A stretch of DNA of 64,000 bases from an uncultured Porphyromonadaceae bacterium (GTDB taxonomy: Bacteria > Bacteroidota > Bacteroidia > Bacteroidales > UBA11471). The stretch's first letter is position 1. Each line of letters starts with the position of its first letter. The stretch covers positions 3,060-67,059 of the forward strand of contig URHG01000009.1 of assembly GCA_900547555.1 (NCBI GenBank). The letters run 5' to 3'. Shown here piece after piece: positions 35,688-45,153 of the stretch. Below the pieces are notes generated by a model. It was not told where the DNA came from. It ran no database searches and was given only the letters and a program-made list of their open reading frames with translations. The position numbers and the translations under genes are program-made.

Positions 35688-37394
35688 ATGAATCGAATCA
35701 AATTGAAATCGTTCTTGCGCACGGCAAACGTGGCTCTGTTGTTGAGCGCGGCCGTTGCCGGTACTGCTCAGGACAAATTGTTGGCTTTCCCCGGTGCCGA
35801 AGGCGGCGGGTGTTATGTAACAGGCGGTCGTGGAGGAAAAGTGTATCATGTTACGACGCTCGAAGACGATGCCCGAAATACGGGATCGCTTCGTTACGCT
35901 GTCGAGCAGAAAGGACCCCGTACCATTGTATTCGATGTGGCCGGAACTATCGAACTTAAAAGCGATCTTGTCATTGTCAATGGTGATGTAACGATTGCCG
36001 GACAGACGGCACCCGGAGATGGTATTTGTTTGAAAAATTATTGTTTCCACATTAAAACCGATAATGTGATTGTGCGCTACATTCGCAGCCGGTTGGGCGA
36101 TGATTCCGGGGCTGAGACCGATGCGGCTTGGGCACGTAACCAAAAGGATATTATTGTCGACCACTGTTCGTTCTCTTGGAGCGTTGACGAGACGGCTTCG
36201 TTTTACGGAGTAGAGAATTTTACGATGCAGTGGTGTTACATTACCGAGAGCCTTGCCGCCTCTACGCATGTGAAAGGTGCTCACGGGTATGGTGGGCTTT
36301 GGGGTGGAAAAAACGCTTCTTACCATCATAATCTGTTAGCGCATCATTACAGCCGTACACCGAGACTTGTTGGCAATGATGAGTTTCCCGAAGAAATTCT
36401 TATCGATATGCGCAACAACGTCATTTATAACTGGGGCCCTGTATTGGGTTGTTACGGTGGCGGTGGCGGAAGTTATAATTTCGTCAACAACTACTATAAA
36501 CCGGGACCTGCCACCGATCAAAAGGCTCAGATTGCCGGACGTATTACCCAAGCCGGGTTTAACACGGAATTTTATACGCACGGAGATTTTTATGTAAGTG
36601 GAAATCGTTTCGACTATTCCAGTCCATATCTGGGTTCGAAAGCTGTAAGTTATGCCAAGGCGACAGATGAGGATAACTATGAGGGACTTCATGTTGATGA
36701 AAATGAATTTGTAACGAAAGATGATTATATTTCCTCTCGTGAATTTCTCGTTAAACCAACTACAACCCACACTGCTGAGATTGCTTATGAAAAGGTACTT
36801 TATTATGGCGGTTGCTGCCTTCGACGTGATGCCATCGATGAGCGTGTGGTGAATGACGTACGTACCGGAGGTTACAGTTATGCAGTAGGAAATCAGGGTT
36901 CCAACGGTAGTACGGGCGGTCTGATCGATGCTCCCGAAGATGTCGGCGGATACGTGGAATATACGGCTACCGAGCTGGAATTGAGGAATAAGCTCGACAG
37001 CGACGGCGACGGTATTCCCGATAATTGGGAAGATATGTACGGCCTCGACCCCTCCGATCCCAATGATGCATTGGAGATCCATAAATCGGGTTACAGTTGG
37101 TTGGAGTATTATCTTAGTACGCTGGTCAATAGTATTACGAAACAATGCCAATCTTTGGAATCGGGTATTCCTGTAACGGAGCAAGAAAGTGCCGATGCCG
37201 ATTGGCAGATTACTTCGGAATCCGTTTCCATAAAAGGGGCGTCGGCTCTTCGTGCCTACAACCTTTCCGGAGTATCTTGCGATTATGTCGTAGGCGACTA
37301 TATGTGGCTCGGACGCCTCGATAGAGGGGGCTATGTGGTCGTTGCCGACATGGGAGACGGGCGCATATTGAGCAAACGCATTGTCAAAAATTGA
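35688..37394 (+). CDS. pectate lyase (PL1-like beta-helix) with Ca-binding linker and T9SS C-terminal sorting domain
   Basis: 568 aa with a signal peptide. FPGAEGGGCYVTGGRGGKVYHVTTL and DIIVDHCSFSW...HHNLLAHHYSRTPRL are typical of PL1-type pectate lyases. DSDGDGIPDNWEDMYGLDPSDPND is a thrombospondin-type-3-like repeat. The tail AYNLSGVS...GGYVVVADMGDGRILSKRIVKN is CTD-like. Confidence 0.8.
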   Translation: MNRIKLKSFLRTANVALLLSAAVAGTAQDKLLAFPGAEGGGCYVTGGRGGKVYHVTTLEDDARNTGSLRYAVEQKGPRTIVFDVAGTIELKSDLVIVNGDVTIAGQTAPGDGICLKNYCFHIKTDNVIVRYIRSRLGDDSGAETDAAWARNQKDIIVDHCSFSWSVDETASFYGVENFTMQWCYITESLAASTHVKGAHGYGGLWGGKNASYHHNLLAHHYSRTPRLVGNDEFPEEILIDMRNNVIYNWGPVLGCYGGGGGSYNFVNNYYKPGPATDQKAQIAGRITQAGFNTEFYTHGDFYVSGNRFDYSSPYLGSKAVSYAKATDEDNYEGLHVDENEFVTKDDYISSREFLVKPTTTHTAEIAYEKVLYYGGCCLRRDAIDERVVNDVRTGGYSYAVGNQGSNGSTGGLIDAPEDVGGYVEYTATELELRNKLDSDGDGIPDNWEDMYGLDPSDPNDALEIHKSGYSWLEYYLSTLVNSITKQCQSLESGIPVTEQESADADWQITSESVSIKGASALRAYNLSGVSCDYVVGDYMWLGRLDRGGYVVVADMGDGRILSKRIVKN

Positions 37395-37467
37395 GGGTAT
37401 AAACATTTGATTTGTATATATTACTTTCCTTATTGATACACAAAAACACACTTAAAAATTAAATGTT

Positions 37468-39579
37468 ATGAAAAAGATTATTTCTTTTGTCGTGGGGGCG
37501 TTGCTGTTATCGACGGCGGCATGGGCCGACTCGCATGAAGCGACGAACAAAGCTGAATTTACATCGGGACTTCAAACGATGGGTAGGACAATAGGCCAAG
37601 CAGATACCATATGGGTTATGGCAAATATTGAAGGAATCCGTTATTCGTTGGATTCGGCCAGTTGTTATGCAGGAAAACTTTATATTATCGGAAAAGAGAT
37701 AGAAGAAACCGGCAATTATCCTAAATTATCAATTGAGTTAGGCATCGATACGTGTGAAGAGAATACGTTCAGTTTGATTTTTGAAAACTTGCAACTTACA
37801 CGTCGCAGTACAGGAACTTCTCAGATCGTTTCTTGTCGTGTAAAGCCGGTTTATATGGATACGTTGGCTTTCCGTAATTGCGAATTTACCGATTTCGACC
37901 GTTGGCCGTTCCGTTCAGAGTGTCCCGGTGGAGGAATTATGTGGTTCGAAGTTAGCAATTGTTCTTTCCATGACGCATATGGATCAGCCGAGATGTTCCG
38001 TTTTTCAATGCCTGTTTCTCAGGCTTTTATGGTCAACAATACATTTTATAATTTGCCCAATATGAAGGCCATTTTTGCTCAAACCCGTGTGAGTGAGGGT
38101 TTGGCAGATATACCAGACTTATATTTGTGCTTTGAAAATAACAGTGTGTTTATGGCAAATGCTAAAAAAGATGCATTGATTCAAGCGGGTGTATGTGGTA
38201 TAAGTTCAGAATTTCATATCAACAACAATCTTTTCCTTTATCCCGATTGGGTGAATGAAGAGAATCAGGCATTGCCGGAGGGTATTAAACCGGGAATTTT
38301 CAGTGGTTCTTACGGTTCTTTATATGCACATAACAATGTCATCGAGAATTACGCACCTTGGAGTACAGGCGAGCAACTTGATGAAGAAGGAGAAGGAGAG
38401 TGGTTGGATTGTGATACGACCGGAAATATGACGATGGCTGAGGCCGAATTGGAATGGTCGGATTTTGCTGCCCGGGAAAGCGGAGACTTCTCGGTATGGA
38501 CGGGAGAAAAGATTTATGAAGCGGGAATAGTTTCTGTTTCAGGACTTGTAGAGGGTAAATTTATCGGAGCCGAGAGATGGTACACCGATGTTCAGAAAAT
38601 AAAAGCGTCGTTCTCTTGTGAAGTCGAAGGTTCTCAATCGGCCAAAGTGAATATAGAACCCCTGAAAGACCAATATTTCATCGGTGATGAAATTACATTG
38701 ACGGCCGATTGTAACGGACTCAATACATTCGACGGTTGGAGCGACGGCAATACCGATTTGGAACATAAAATCGTGTTGGAAGGCGATTTGACGATAACAG
38801 CCCGATTTACTGAAATCGATTATCTGGCGGCTTGGAATCTCGATCAACTGACAAAAAATAATGAAGCGCTTACATCACCGGTAGCTGCTAATTATACAAA
38901 GAGGACCGGCGATTATACACTTGCTTATGCCGGATTCGACGGATCGGATTCTTCTTTTGTAAGCACGCGTAACAATAAGTTTTCCAGCCGCGTTTTGGAT
39001 CTCCGTAATTGTGTCGCTATCAGAGAAAGTTCCGACTTGCTCGATGTAACCAAAAATCCGGGCTATGTCTATATCAAATTCCCGACCAAAGGTTGTTCCG
39101 ATATAAAATTCCATGCTGTTGTGGGTACCGACGGTTATTGTTCCGATAAAATAAACCTCGAATATTCTTTGGACGGATTGAGTTGGACTTCTCTTGCATC
39201 GGTTACGATCAAAGAAGCGGCCGATTCCGAGAATCCCGATTTGATGGGACAAGGATTGTGGTTCCCGCTCGAAGCCGAGCTTCCTGCTGCGCTCGAAGAA
39301 AAAGAGTCCGTATGGGTACGTGTGATTGCCGATGTGGAAGCCGGACGCACGATGACTCCTCCGCAGGCTACGGGCGATGCTGAAATCAATACATATTTCT
39401 TGTATGTTGCAGAGATGCGGGTGTCGGCAACGACCGACGGATCGGCGATCGAAGAAGTAAAAGCCGATGAACAAATATCGAAAGATGAACCGATTTATGA
39501 TGTAATGGGTCGTCGGGTCTTCCATGTTGAACCCAACCGTATCTATATACAGAAAGGGAAGAAATTTATACAAAAATAA
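37468..39579 (+). CDS. secreted beta-helix-like protein with InlB-B-repeat-like module and T9SS C-terminal sorting domain
   Basis: 703 aa with a signal peptide. The N-terminal half has beta-helix-like periodicity (FRNCEFTDF, VSNCSFHDA, MVNNTFYN, FENNSVF, INNNLFLYP). VNIEPLKDQYFIGDEITLTADCNGLNTFDGWSDGNTDLEHKIVLEGDLTITARF resembles the InlB B-repeat. The tail is IYDVMGRRVFHVEPNRIYIQKGKKFIQK. Confidence 0.75.
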   Translation: MKKIISFVVGALLLSTAAWADSHEATNKAEFTSGLQTMGRTIGQADTIWVMANIEGIRYSLDSASCYAGKLYIIGKEIEETGNYPKLSIELGIDTCEENTFSLIFENLQLTRRSTGTSQIVSCRVKPVYMDTLAFRNCEFTDFDRWPFRSECPGGGIMWFEVSNCSFHDAYGSAEMFRFSMPVSQAFMVNNTFYNLPNMKAIFAQTRVSEGLADIPDLYLCFENNSVFMANAKKDALIQAGVCGISSEFHINNNLFLYPDWVNEENQALPEGIKPGIFSGSYGSLYAHNNVIENYAPWSTGEQLDEEGEGEWLDCDTTGNMTMAEAELEWSDFAARESGDFSVWTGEKIYEAGIVSVSGLVEGKFIGAERWYTDVQKIKASFSCEVEGSQSAKVNIEPLKDQYFIGDEITLTADCNGLNTFDGWSDGNTDLEHKIVLEGDLTITARFTEIDYLAAWNLDQLTKNNEALTSPVAANYTKRTGDYTLAYAGFDGSDSSFVSTRNNKFSSRVLDLRNCVAIRESSDLLDVTKNPGYVYIKFPTKGCSDIKFHAVVGTDGYCSDKINLEYSLDGLSWTSLASVTIKEAADSENPDLMGQGLWFPLEAELPAALEEKESVWVRVIADVEAGRTMTPPQATGDAEINTYFLYVAEMRVSATTDGSAIEEVKADEQISKDEPIYDVMGRRVFHVEPNRIYIQKGKKFIQK

Positions 39580-39632
39580 TGATGTGAGTGATTTTTACGA
39601 TTCATGACTCTTTGATGTAGAGTTTTATGGTG

Positions 39633-39666
39633 GGCGAGCCGGTTTTATCCGGCTCGCCTTTTTTCT
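39633..39666 (+). terminator. rho-independent terminator after the 703-aa gene
   Basis: GGCGAGCCGG pairs with CCGGCTCGCC around a 6-nt loop, followed by T6. Confidence 0.85.
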
Positions 39667-40141
39667 TATTCCGAATCGAGGGTAACGGCCCGTTTGTCGT
39701 TCCGAACTGAGGCGGGTAGGCCAAGTGTGAAGCGTCTCCTGTTTTGCCCGAGTGTCATTCCGAACGCATGTGAGGAATCTCTGACTACGATAGTAAGAAG
39801 ATTTTTCAAGGCAAAGCCTTTCAGTAAGACTGCGATGTCATCTCGAACGAAAGAGATTTCTCTCATACAAGATGCTCGTTTATTGAGAGATTCTTCGGTG
39901 TTTCATACCTCAGAATGACAATACCCTTTTGGGAAAAGACCGTCATAACGATAATGTCATTTTGAGCGTATGCAAGGAATCCCTTGTTTTTACGGGAGTG
40001 TCATTCCGAATGAATATGAGGAATCTCCTGCAAGAGGTTTGTTTTTCCTTTGGGATTCTTCACTTCGTTTACACTACATTCAGAATGACATGCGTTTTGC
40101 GAGAGATTCTTTCTCCCTACGATCGTCGGAATGACAGCACC
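39665..40141. repeat. cluster of mosaic palindromic intergenic repeats (copy 2)
   Basis: 39694-39784 matches 25700-25790 with about 7 mismatches in ~91 nt by eye. 39999-40090 matches 25549-25628 apart from a 10-nt insertion. The order of the two blocks is permuted relative to copy 1. Confidence 0.85.
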
Positions 40142-40190
40142 TTTTGTAGAGCGTAGGTCATCGGTCCTATCTCTCTTATATTTTGCGATT

Positions 40191-42647
40191 TTATTGTTTC
40201 CCTTTCACTTTGGAGAGATATTCGCTGGGAGACTTTCCCGTATGCTTTTTAAAACATCGGCTGAAATACCGGGGATCGTTGAATCCCGAACAGTAGGCGA
40301 TTTCGGCGACACTCATTTCGTTATTGCCCTGCATATATTGGAGCGCTCGTGTGATACGGTTCGCTATGATAAAGTCTATCGGGGTACAGTTGAATAACGT
40401 TTTCATTTTTTGTAGGAGTTGTTTGCGGCTCATACCCAGGTGTGAAGCCAAGTCTTCCACTTTGAGGTCGGTATCGCTGATATGAGCATCTAAGTAAGCG
40501 AGAAGTTTTCGGCTGAATGCATCGTTCTTGTCCGTTATTTCGGGACTGGAAAACGATGAGTCGGAGTCTGGCACAGGGATAACGTCGGGTGCGCTGACTT
40601 CTTGTTGCAATGCCCGTAACTTTTCCATCGCTTTTTGAGTCTGCTTTTTTACGTATCGGTCGATGAGTCTCCAACCTCCGGCGATTGACAGCAGAAGCAG
40701 TATGGCCATGCACCAGCGTATGCTTGTTTTTTCGTACCAGTAGGGTTGTATTTCAATTATAAGTTGTCGTTCATTGTCGAGCCATCGGCCGTCTCCATTG
40801 GTGGACCGCACGGCAAAAGTATATTTCCCGGCCGGGAGGTCGACATAAGGGGCGGTCTCGTTTTGTTCGGTAAGAAGCCATTCCTTATCTTTGCCGATCA
40901 TGCGATAGGCGTACCATACCGGGGAGGTGCGATTGTAGTCGAGAACCGAGAACAGGACGGAAAATTCTCTTTCCTCGGGCCGCAAAGAGATCATAGTGTC
41001 GGTATCGACGATAATGGAATTTTGTGTTTTGAGGGTTCGTATTTCCGAGATATAAACAGGGGCGAAGTTTGAGCGTTTGGCGACTTTCCGGGGATCGAAT
41101 TGTACCCAGCCCTCGCGACACCCTTTCATGATACAAGAATCGTTCAGCGCGAAAAACGGATTGATGGAAAAATGCCTTACCTCTTTGGGAGAAGAGGGCG
41201 GGTAATGGTTTATGATTTTTTCTATCGGGTCATAAGAGAATACCGAACGATTGGTAACTCCCCAAACCAAGCCTTTGTCGTCGCTATACAAAGCGGCGAC
41301 CGAAGCGGGAAATTGGTGGGTATCGATTTTTCGGAAAGGAACTTTTTCTTGCAGGTAGTTTTTCCCGACGATTTCGCATAACTGGCCTCCGCAGGAAAGT
41401 ATGACCTGACCGTTGCGGCTTTGCGTAACGGCTAATATATTGTTTTGCGGGAGAGAGGTCGTATCGGTCTTGTCGTGTGTTTGGTGGTAGAACCGGAGTT
41501 CGCTGTAATCATTGAATCGTGTGTTGCAACAGTATAAACCGTTCTCGGAGAAAATCAGCAGTATATCCTCTTTGAGTTCCAAAAAACCTTTGATGGATTC
41601 GGGAATTTTACCCTGAACTTTACTCAAACCGGTCGATGCGTTGGAAAAAATATATGAGCCTGTACTGTCCGGGCGGGCGATATTGAGTTTATTGTACTGT
41701 CCGCCGACCCATAACGTACCTTGCCGGTCGATGTGGATTTCGTATATGTTCTCGAAATCGGGATATTCCGGGTTTGTTGCATCGGTTTTGAATTTCTTGA
41801 TTTTGAAACTGTTCCCGCCGTTTTGCGGTTGCAAGATGAGTAATCCGTTTTCTCTTGCAGTCATCAAGATATTTCCACGACGATCCTGTTTGATAGAATG
41901 GATAGGATAAGGAAAGGCTGTATTTCCCTTTACGATACGTCCGTCGGGGGAGAGATAGCCGAGCGGATTCATGGTCGCGTCGTGTATTTGTATGCGGTTG
42001 TCGGTCGATACGACCCATACGCGTTGTTTATCATCGCGGGAAAAAGTAACAACTTCGCTTTTTCTGTCGATATTATCGAACAGAGATGTTTGACGGGTGA
42101 TGAGCCACAATCCGCTGCTTGTACCTATCCATAGGTTACTGTCGCGGTCGTATGTGTGCATATAGATACGGTTGACTTCGGGACACTCGACCGATGCCAG
42201 AATTTCCTGCCAGCGGTCGTTGGGTACGGCTTTGTTCCGTTTGTATTCCCGTACGTCTTTCAGTTGTTGCAAATCTTCGGGCAAGTTGCCGAACTTTTCA
42301 CGTTTCCGGTCGAACATGACAATCGTGTTCCGCTGTTGGCATAAGATATGGTGGGAAGCGTGTTCTTGAATACGGTCTATGCGGTTCGATGATAACGGAC
42401 AGTCGGGAATCGGGAAATATTGTTTGATGTCACTTCCGTCGTATCTGTAAAGTCCTTCATTGGTAGCCAGCCAAATCAGGCCCACGCTATCTTGCAGAAT
42501 CGACTTGACGACATAATTGGGTGTCTCGATAACTTGGAGGCGCCAAAAACTTTTCTGTCCGTATCCGTTTATGACGAATAGAATCGATAGAACGATTGCG
42601 TTTGTCAGTTTTTTATATGATATTTCATTCGTTGACCGTTGTTTCAT
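40191..42647 (-). CDS. membrane-anchored AraC-family regulator with periplasmic beta-propeller + Y_Y_Y sensor (hybrid-two-component-like, lacking kinase and receiver)
   Basis: 818 aa with an N-terminal signal/anchor. Propeller repeats (VGLIWLATNEGLYRYDG, NLWIGTSSGLWLI, GTLWVGGQY). Y_Y_Y module (WYAYRMIGKDKEW...GKYTFAVRSTNGDGRW). TM helix IRWCMAILLLLSIAGGWRLI. Only ~156 residues follow the TM helix, and ~100 of them form an AraC HTH (...IAYCSGFNDPRYFSRCFKKHTGKSPSEY). Confidence 0.85.
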   Translation of the reverse strand: MKQRSTNEISYKKLTNAIVLSILFVINGYGQKSFWRLQVIETPNYVVKSILQDSVGLIWLATNEGLYRYDGSDIKQYFPIPDCPLSSNRIDRIQEHASHHILCQQRNTIVMFDRKREKFGNLPEDLQQLKDVREYKRNKAVPNDRWQEILASVECPEVNRIYMHTYDRDSNLWIGTSSGLWLITRQTSLFDNIDRKSEVVTFSRDDKQRVWVVSTDNRIQIHDATMNPLGYLSPDGRIVKGNTAFPYPIHSIKQDRRGNILMTARENGLLILQPQNGGNSFKIKKFKTDATNPEYPDFENIYEIHIDRQGTLWVGGQYNKLNIARPDSTGSYIFSNASTGLSKVQGKIPESIKGFLELKEDILLIFSENGLYCCNTRFNDYSELRFYHQTHDKTDTTSLPQNNILAVTQSRNGQVILSCGGQLCEIVGKNYLQEKVPFRKIDTHQFPASVAALYSDDKGLVWGVTNRSVFSYDPIEKIINHYPPSSPKEVRHFSINPFFALNDSCIMKGCREGWVQFDPRKVAKRSNFAPVYISEIRTLKTQNSIIVDTDTMISLRPEEREFSVLFSVLDYNRTSPVWYAYRMIGKDKEWLLTEQNETAPYVDLPAGKYTFAVRSTNGDGRWLDNERQLIIEIQPYWYEKTSIRWCMAILLLLSIAGGWRLIDRYVKKQTQKAMEKLRALQQEVSAPDVIPVPDSDSSFSSPEITDKNDAFSRKLLAYLDAHISDTDLKVEDLASHLGMSRKQLLQKMKTLFNCTPIDFIIANRITRALQYMQGNNEMSVAEIAYCSGFNDPRYFSRCFKKHTGKSPSEYLSKVKGKQ

Positions 42648-42984
42648 GGTATCTGTCTTGAAATTTCTATTTCCCGAAGAACGGAATGGCGAGTCGGGTT
42701 TGGGCTGTAATTGATAAGCTATGTGTTTTTCGGTGATTTATCCTTTCCTATATTTTTACGGCGAAGAATGGCTTACAGCATAATTTCTTTTGACAAATAT
42801 AGTGAAAGTCGAGTGCAGGGGCAAATGGAAACGAAGTTTTTGAATTTGACTCTGCCGAACCACGTCCTATATTTTACAAATATAATCAAAAGTCTTTTAT
42901 TTTCTTGTAGATGATATGGAATATATTTTCGGACGTTCCGGAGTGAAGCGTGAAGGAGAAAAGTGGATCGGTTTTTGAATAAAT

Positions 42985-43014
42985 AAAGAAAGGAGGCTGT
43001 CGCCTCCTTTCTTT
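42985..43014 (-). terminator. hairpin terminator downstream of the flavodiiron gene
   Basis: AAAGAAAGGAGGC pairs with GCCTCCTTTCTTT around a 4-nt loop, 19 nt beyond the stop at 43033. Confidence 0.75.
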
Positions 43015-43032
43015 ATTCGTATGGAAAACAGA

Positions 43033-44226
43033 TTACGCCATTTGCAGTTTGTCGGCGATCGCTTTTGCCAGTTCGCGGCATTGCTGCATCGATTCGTCGT
43101 TTCCGCCTTGTTTCATTTCGACCGGACAGCCGGGCATATCCCAATGCATTTGCTCTCCGAATGCCGTCAGCTCTTTGACCGAACGACAAGCCCAACTGTA
43201 TGAGCCGAAACAACCGAAGATACGTGATTTTATTTCCCGGTTGCGGAGAGCCGATACAAGGAGTTCTACGTCGGGGAAAAGCAGAGTGTTGTAGGTCGGG
43301 CTTCCGATAATCAAGGCTTTATACCGGAAAATATCGCGTAGGATATACGACTTGTCCGATACCGAAACATCGTGCAATACAATATTTTTTATGCCATTGG
43401 CTGCCAGCTCTTTGGCAATTTCTTCGGCCATTTGTGCCGTATGTCCGTACATGCTTCCGTAAGCGATGACGACACCCTCTTCTGCTTCGTACCGGCTCAA
43501 TTTGTCATATATACCGATGACCTTTGCAATGTTTTCCTTCCATACCGGGCCATGGGTCGAGCATATCAGTTCGAGGGGGACTCCCGAAAGTTTCGATAAG
43601 GCTTTCTGCACGGGAGCACCGTATTTGCCTACGATGTTGGCGTAGTAGCGGACCATTTCGTCCCAATATATATCACAGTCGAGTTGCGTGTCTACGATGC
43701 CGCCTTCGAGAGCGCCGAAACAACCGAAAGCATCTCCCGAAAACAGAATCTTTTCTTGTGGGCAGTACGATACCATAGTTTCGGGCCAGTGTACCATAGG
43801 AATCAGGTAAAACACCAGCTCTTTCGAACCCAGACAGAGCGAGTCGCCTTCTTTTATGGTAATCGTATTGTCGGTAATGCCGTAAAACCCTTTTACCATA
43901 TCGAGCGTTTTGGCATTGCCTACGATTTCTATTTGCGGATAAGCACGTTTTACGGCGGCAATAGATGCGGAATGGTCGGGTTCCATGTGGTTGATGACCA
44001 GATAATCGATCGTGCGGCCGTTCAGAATCTTTTGAATATTGTCGAGATAGGCTTCGGTACAACTTGCCTCTATCGTATCGATAAGCGCTACTTTTTCGTC
44101 GACGATCAAATAGGAGTTGTACGAGACGCCGTAGGGAAGCGGCCAAAGTGCTTCGAATTTGTGGGTCTTACGATCATTTGCTCCCACATAGTAGATGTGC
44201 GGTGCGATTTCAGCTAAAAGATTCAT
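43033..44226 (-). CDS. FprA-family A-type flavodiiron protein (O2/NO reductase)
   Basis: 397 aa. N-terminal metallo-beta-lactamase-like domain with the di-iron motif NHMEPDHSA. C-terminal flavodoxin domain (VIAYGSMYGHT...GSPTYN). Confidence 0.9.
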   Translation of the reverse strand: MNLLAEIAPHIYYVGANDRKTHKFEALWPLPYGVSYNSYLIVDEKVALIDTIEASCTEAYLDNIQKILNGRTIDYLVINHMEPDHSASIAAVKRAYPQIEIVGNAKTLDMVKGFYGITDNTITIKEGDSLCLGSKELVFYLIPMVHWPETMVSYCPQEKILFSGDAFGCFGALEGGIVDTQLDCDIYWDEMVRYYANIVGKYGAPVQKALSKLSGVPLELICSTHGPVWKENIAKVIGIYDKLSRYEAEEGVVIAYGSMYGHTAQMAEEIAKELAANGIKNIVLHDVSVSDKSYILRDIFRYKALIIGSPTYNTLLFPDVELLVSALRNREIKSRIFGCFGSYSWACRSVKELTAFGEQMHWDMPGCPVEMKQGGNDESMQQCRELAKAIADKLQMA

Positions 44227-44256
44227 ATATTTATTTTTTTAGTATTTAATTGGTGT

Positions 44257-45144
44257 TTAGTCGATAAAACGTCGGGTTATGTTATCGTAAGCATCGATGC
44301 GCCGGTCTCGTAAGAACGGCCACCAACGACGCACCTGTTCCGAGCGGGAAAGGTCTACTTCGATCGTGTGGACAGATTCCGAGTCGTTTGGCGCCTGCCA
44401 CAGAATTTCACCTTGCGGGCCGGCGACGAAACTGCTTCCCCAAAATTGTATGCCTCGGGTCTGTCCCGAGGGATCGGGTTCGTGACCGACACGGTTGACC
44501 GATATGACCGGAAGCCCGTTGGCAACGGCATGGCCTCGTTGTGAAATGATCCATGCATCGCGTTGTCTCTCTTTTTCTTCGGTGGTATCGCTACTTTCCC
44601 AACCGATGGCGGTGGGGTAGATGAGCAGATCGGCCCCTCGCAATGCCATGAGACGTGCGGCCTCGGGATACCATTGATCCCAACATACCAGTACGCCCAG
44701 ACGGCCTATCGAGGTCGTTATAGGCTCGAATCCCAAATCGCCCGGCGTAAAGTAGAACTTTTCGTAGTAGGCGGGGTCGTCGGGAATGTGCATTTTGCGG
44801 TATTTCCCGGCAATGGAGCCGTCCTTGTCAAAGACAACGGCCGTATTGTGATATAGTCCCGGTGCCCGGCGTTCGAAGAGCGATGTAACGAGAACGATGC
44901 CCGATTGACGGGCTATCTTGCTGTAAAAGTCGGTCGACGGTCCCGGGACGGTTTCGGCCCAGTCGAAACATTCGGTATTTTCGGTCTGGCAGAAATATAG
45001 GCTGTTGTGCAGTTCTTGGAGTACCACGAGTTGGGCGCCCTGCTCGGCGCAACGTTCTATGCCGGCTTTGAGTCGGAGCATGTTTTCCTCCCGGTTGGGA
45101 GTGTTGGACTGTTGTATCAGACCTACGGTGATTTTCTTTTCCAT
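44257..45144 (-). CDS. aguB: N-carbamoylputrescine amidase
   Basis: 295 aa carbon-nitrogen hydrolase. ELHNSLYFCQ, the catalytic-Cys context LVCWDQWYPE, and a position immediately downstream of aguA. Confidence 0.88.
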   Translation of the reverse strand: MEKKITVGLIQQSNTPNREENMLRLKAGIERCAEQGAQLVVLQELHNSLYFCQTENTECFDWAETVPGPSTDFYSKIARQSGIVLVTSLFERRAPGLYHNTAVVFDKDGSIAGKYRKMHIPDDPAYYEKFYFTPGDLGFEPITTSIGRLGVLVCWDQWYPEAARLMALRGADLLIYPTAIGWESSDTTEEKERQRDAWIISQRGHAVANGLPVISVNRVGHEPDPSGQTRGIQFWGSSFVAGPQGEILWQAPNDSESVHTIEVDLSRSEQVRRWWPFLRDRRIDAYDNITRRFID

Positions 45145-45153
45145 GATGCGTTG

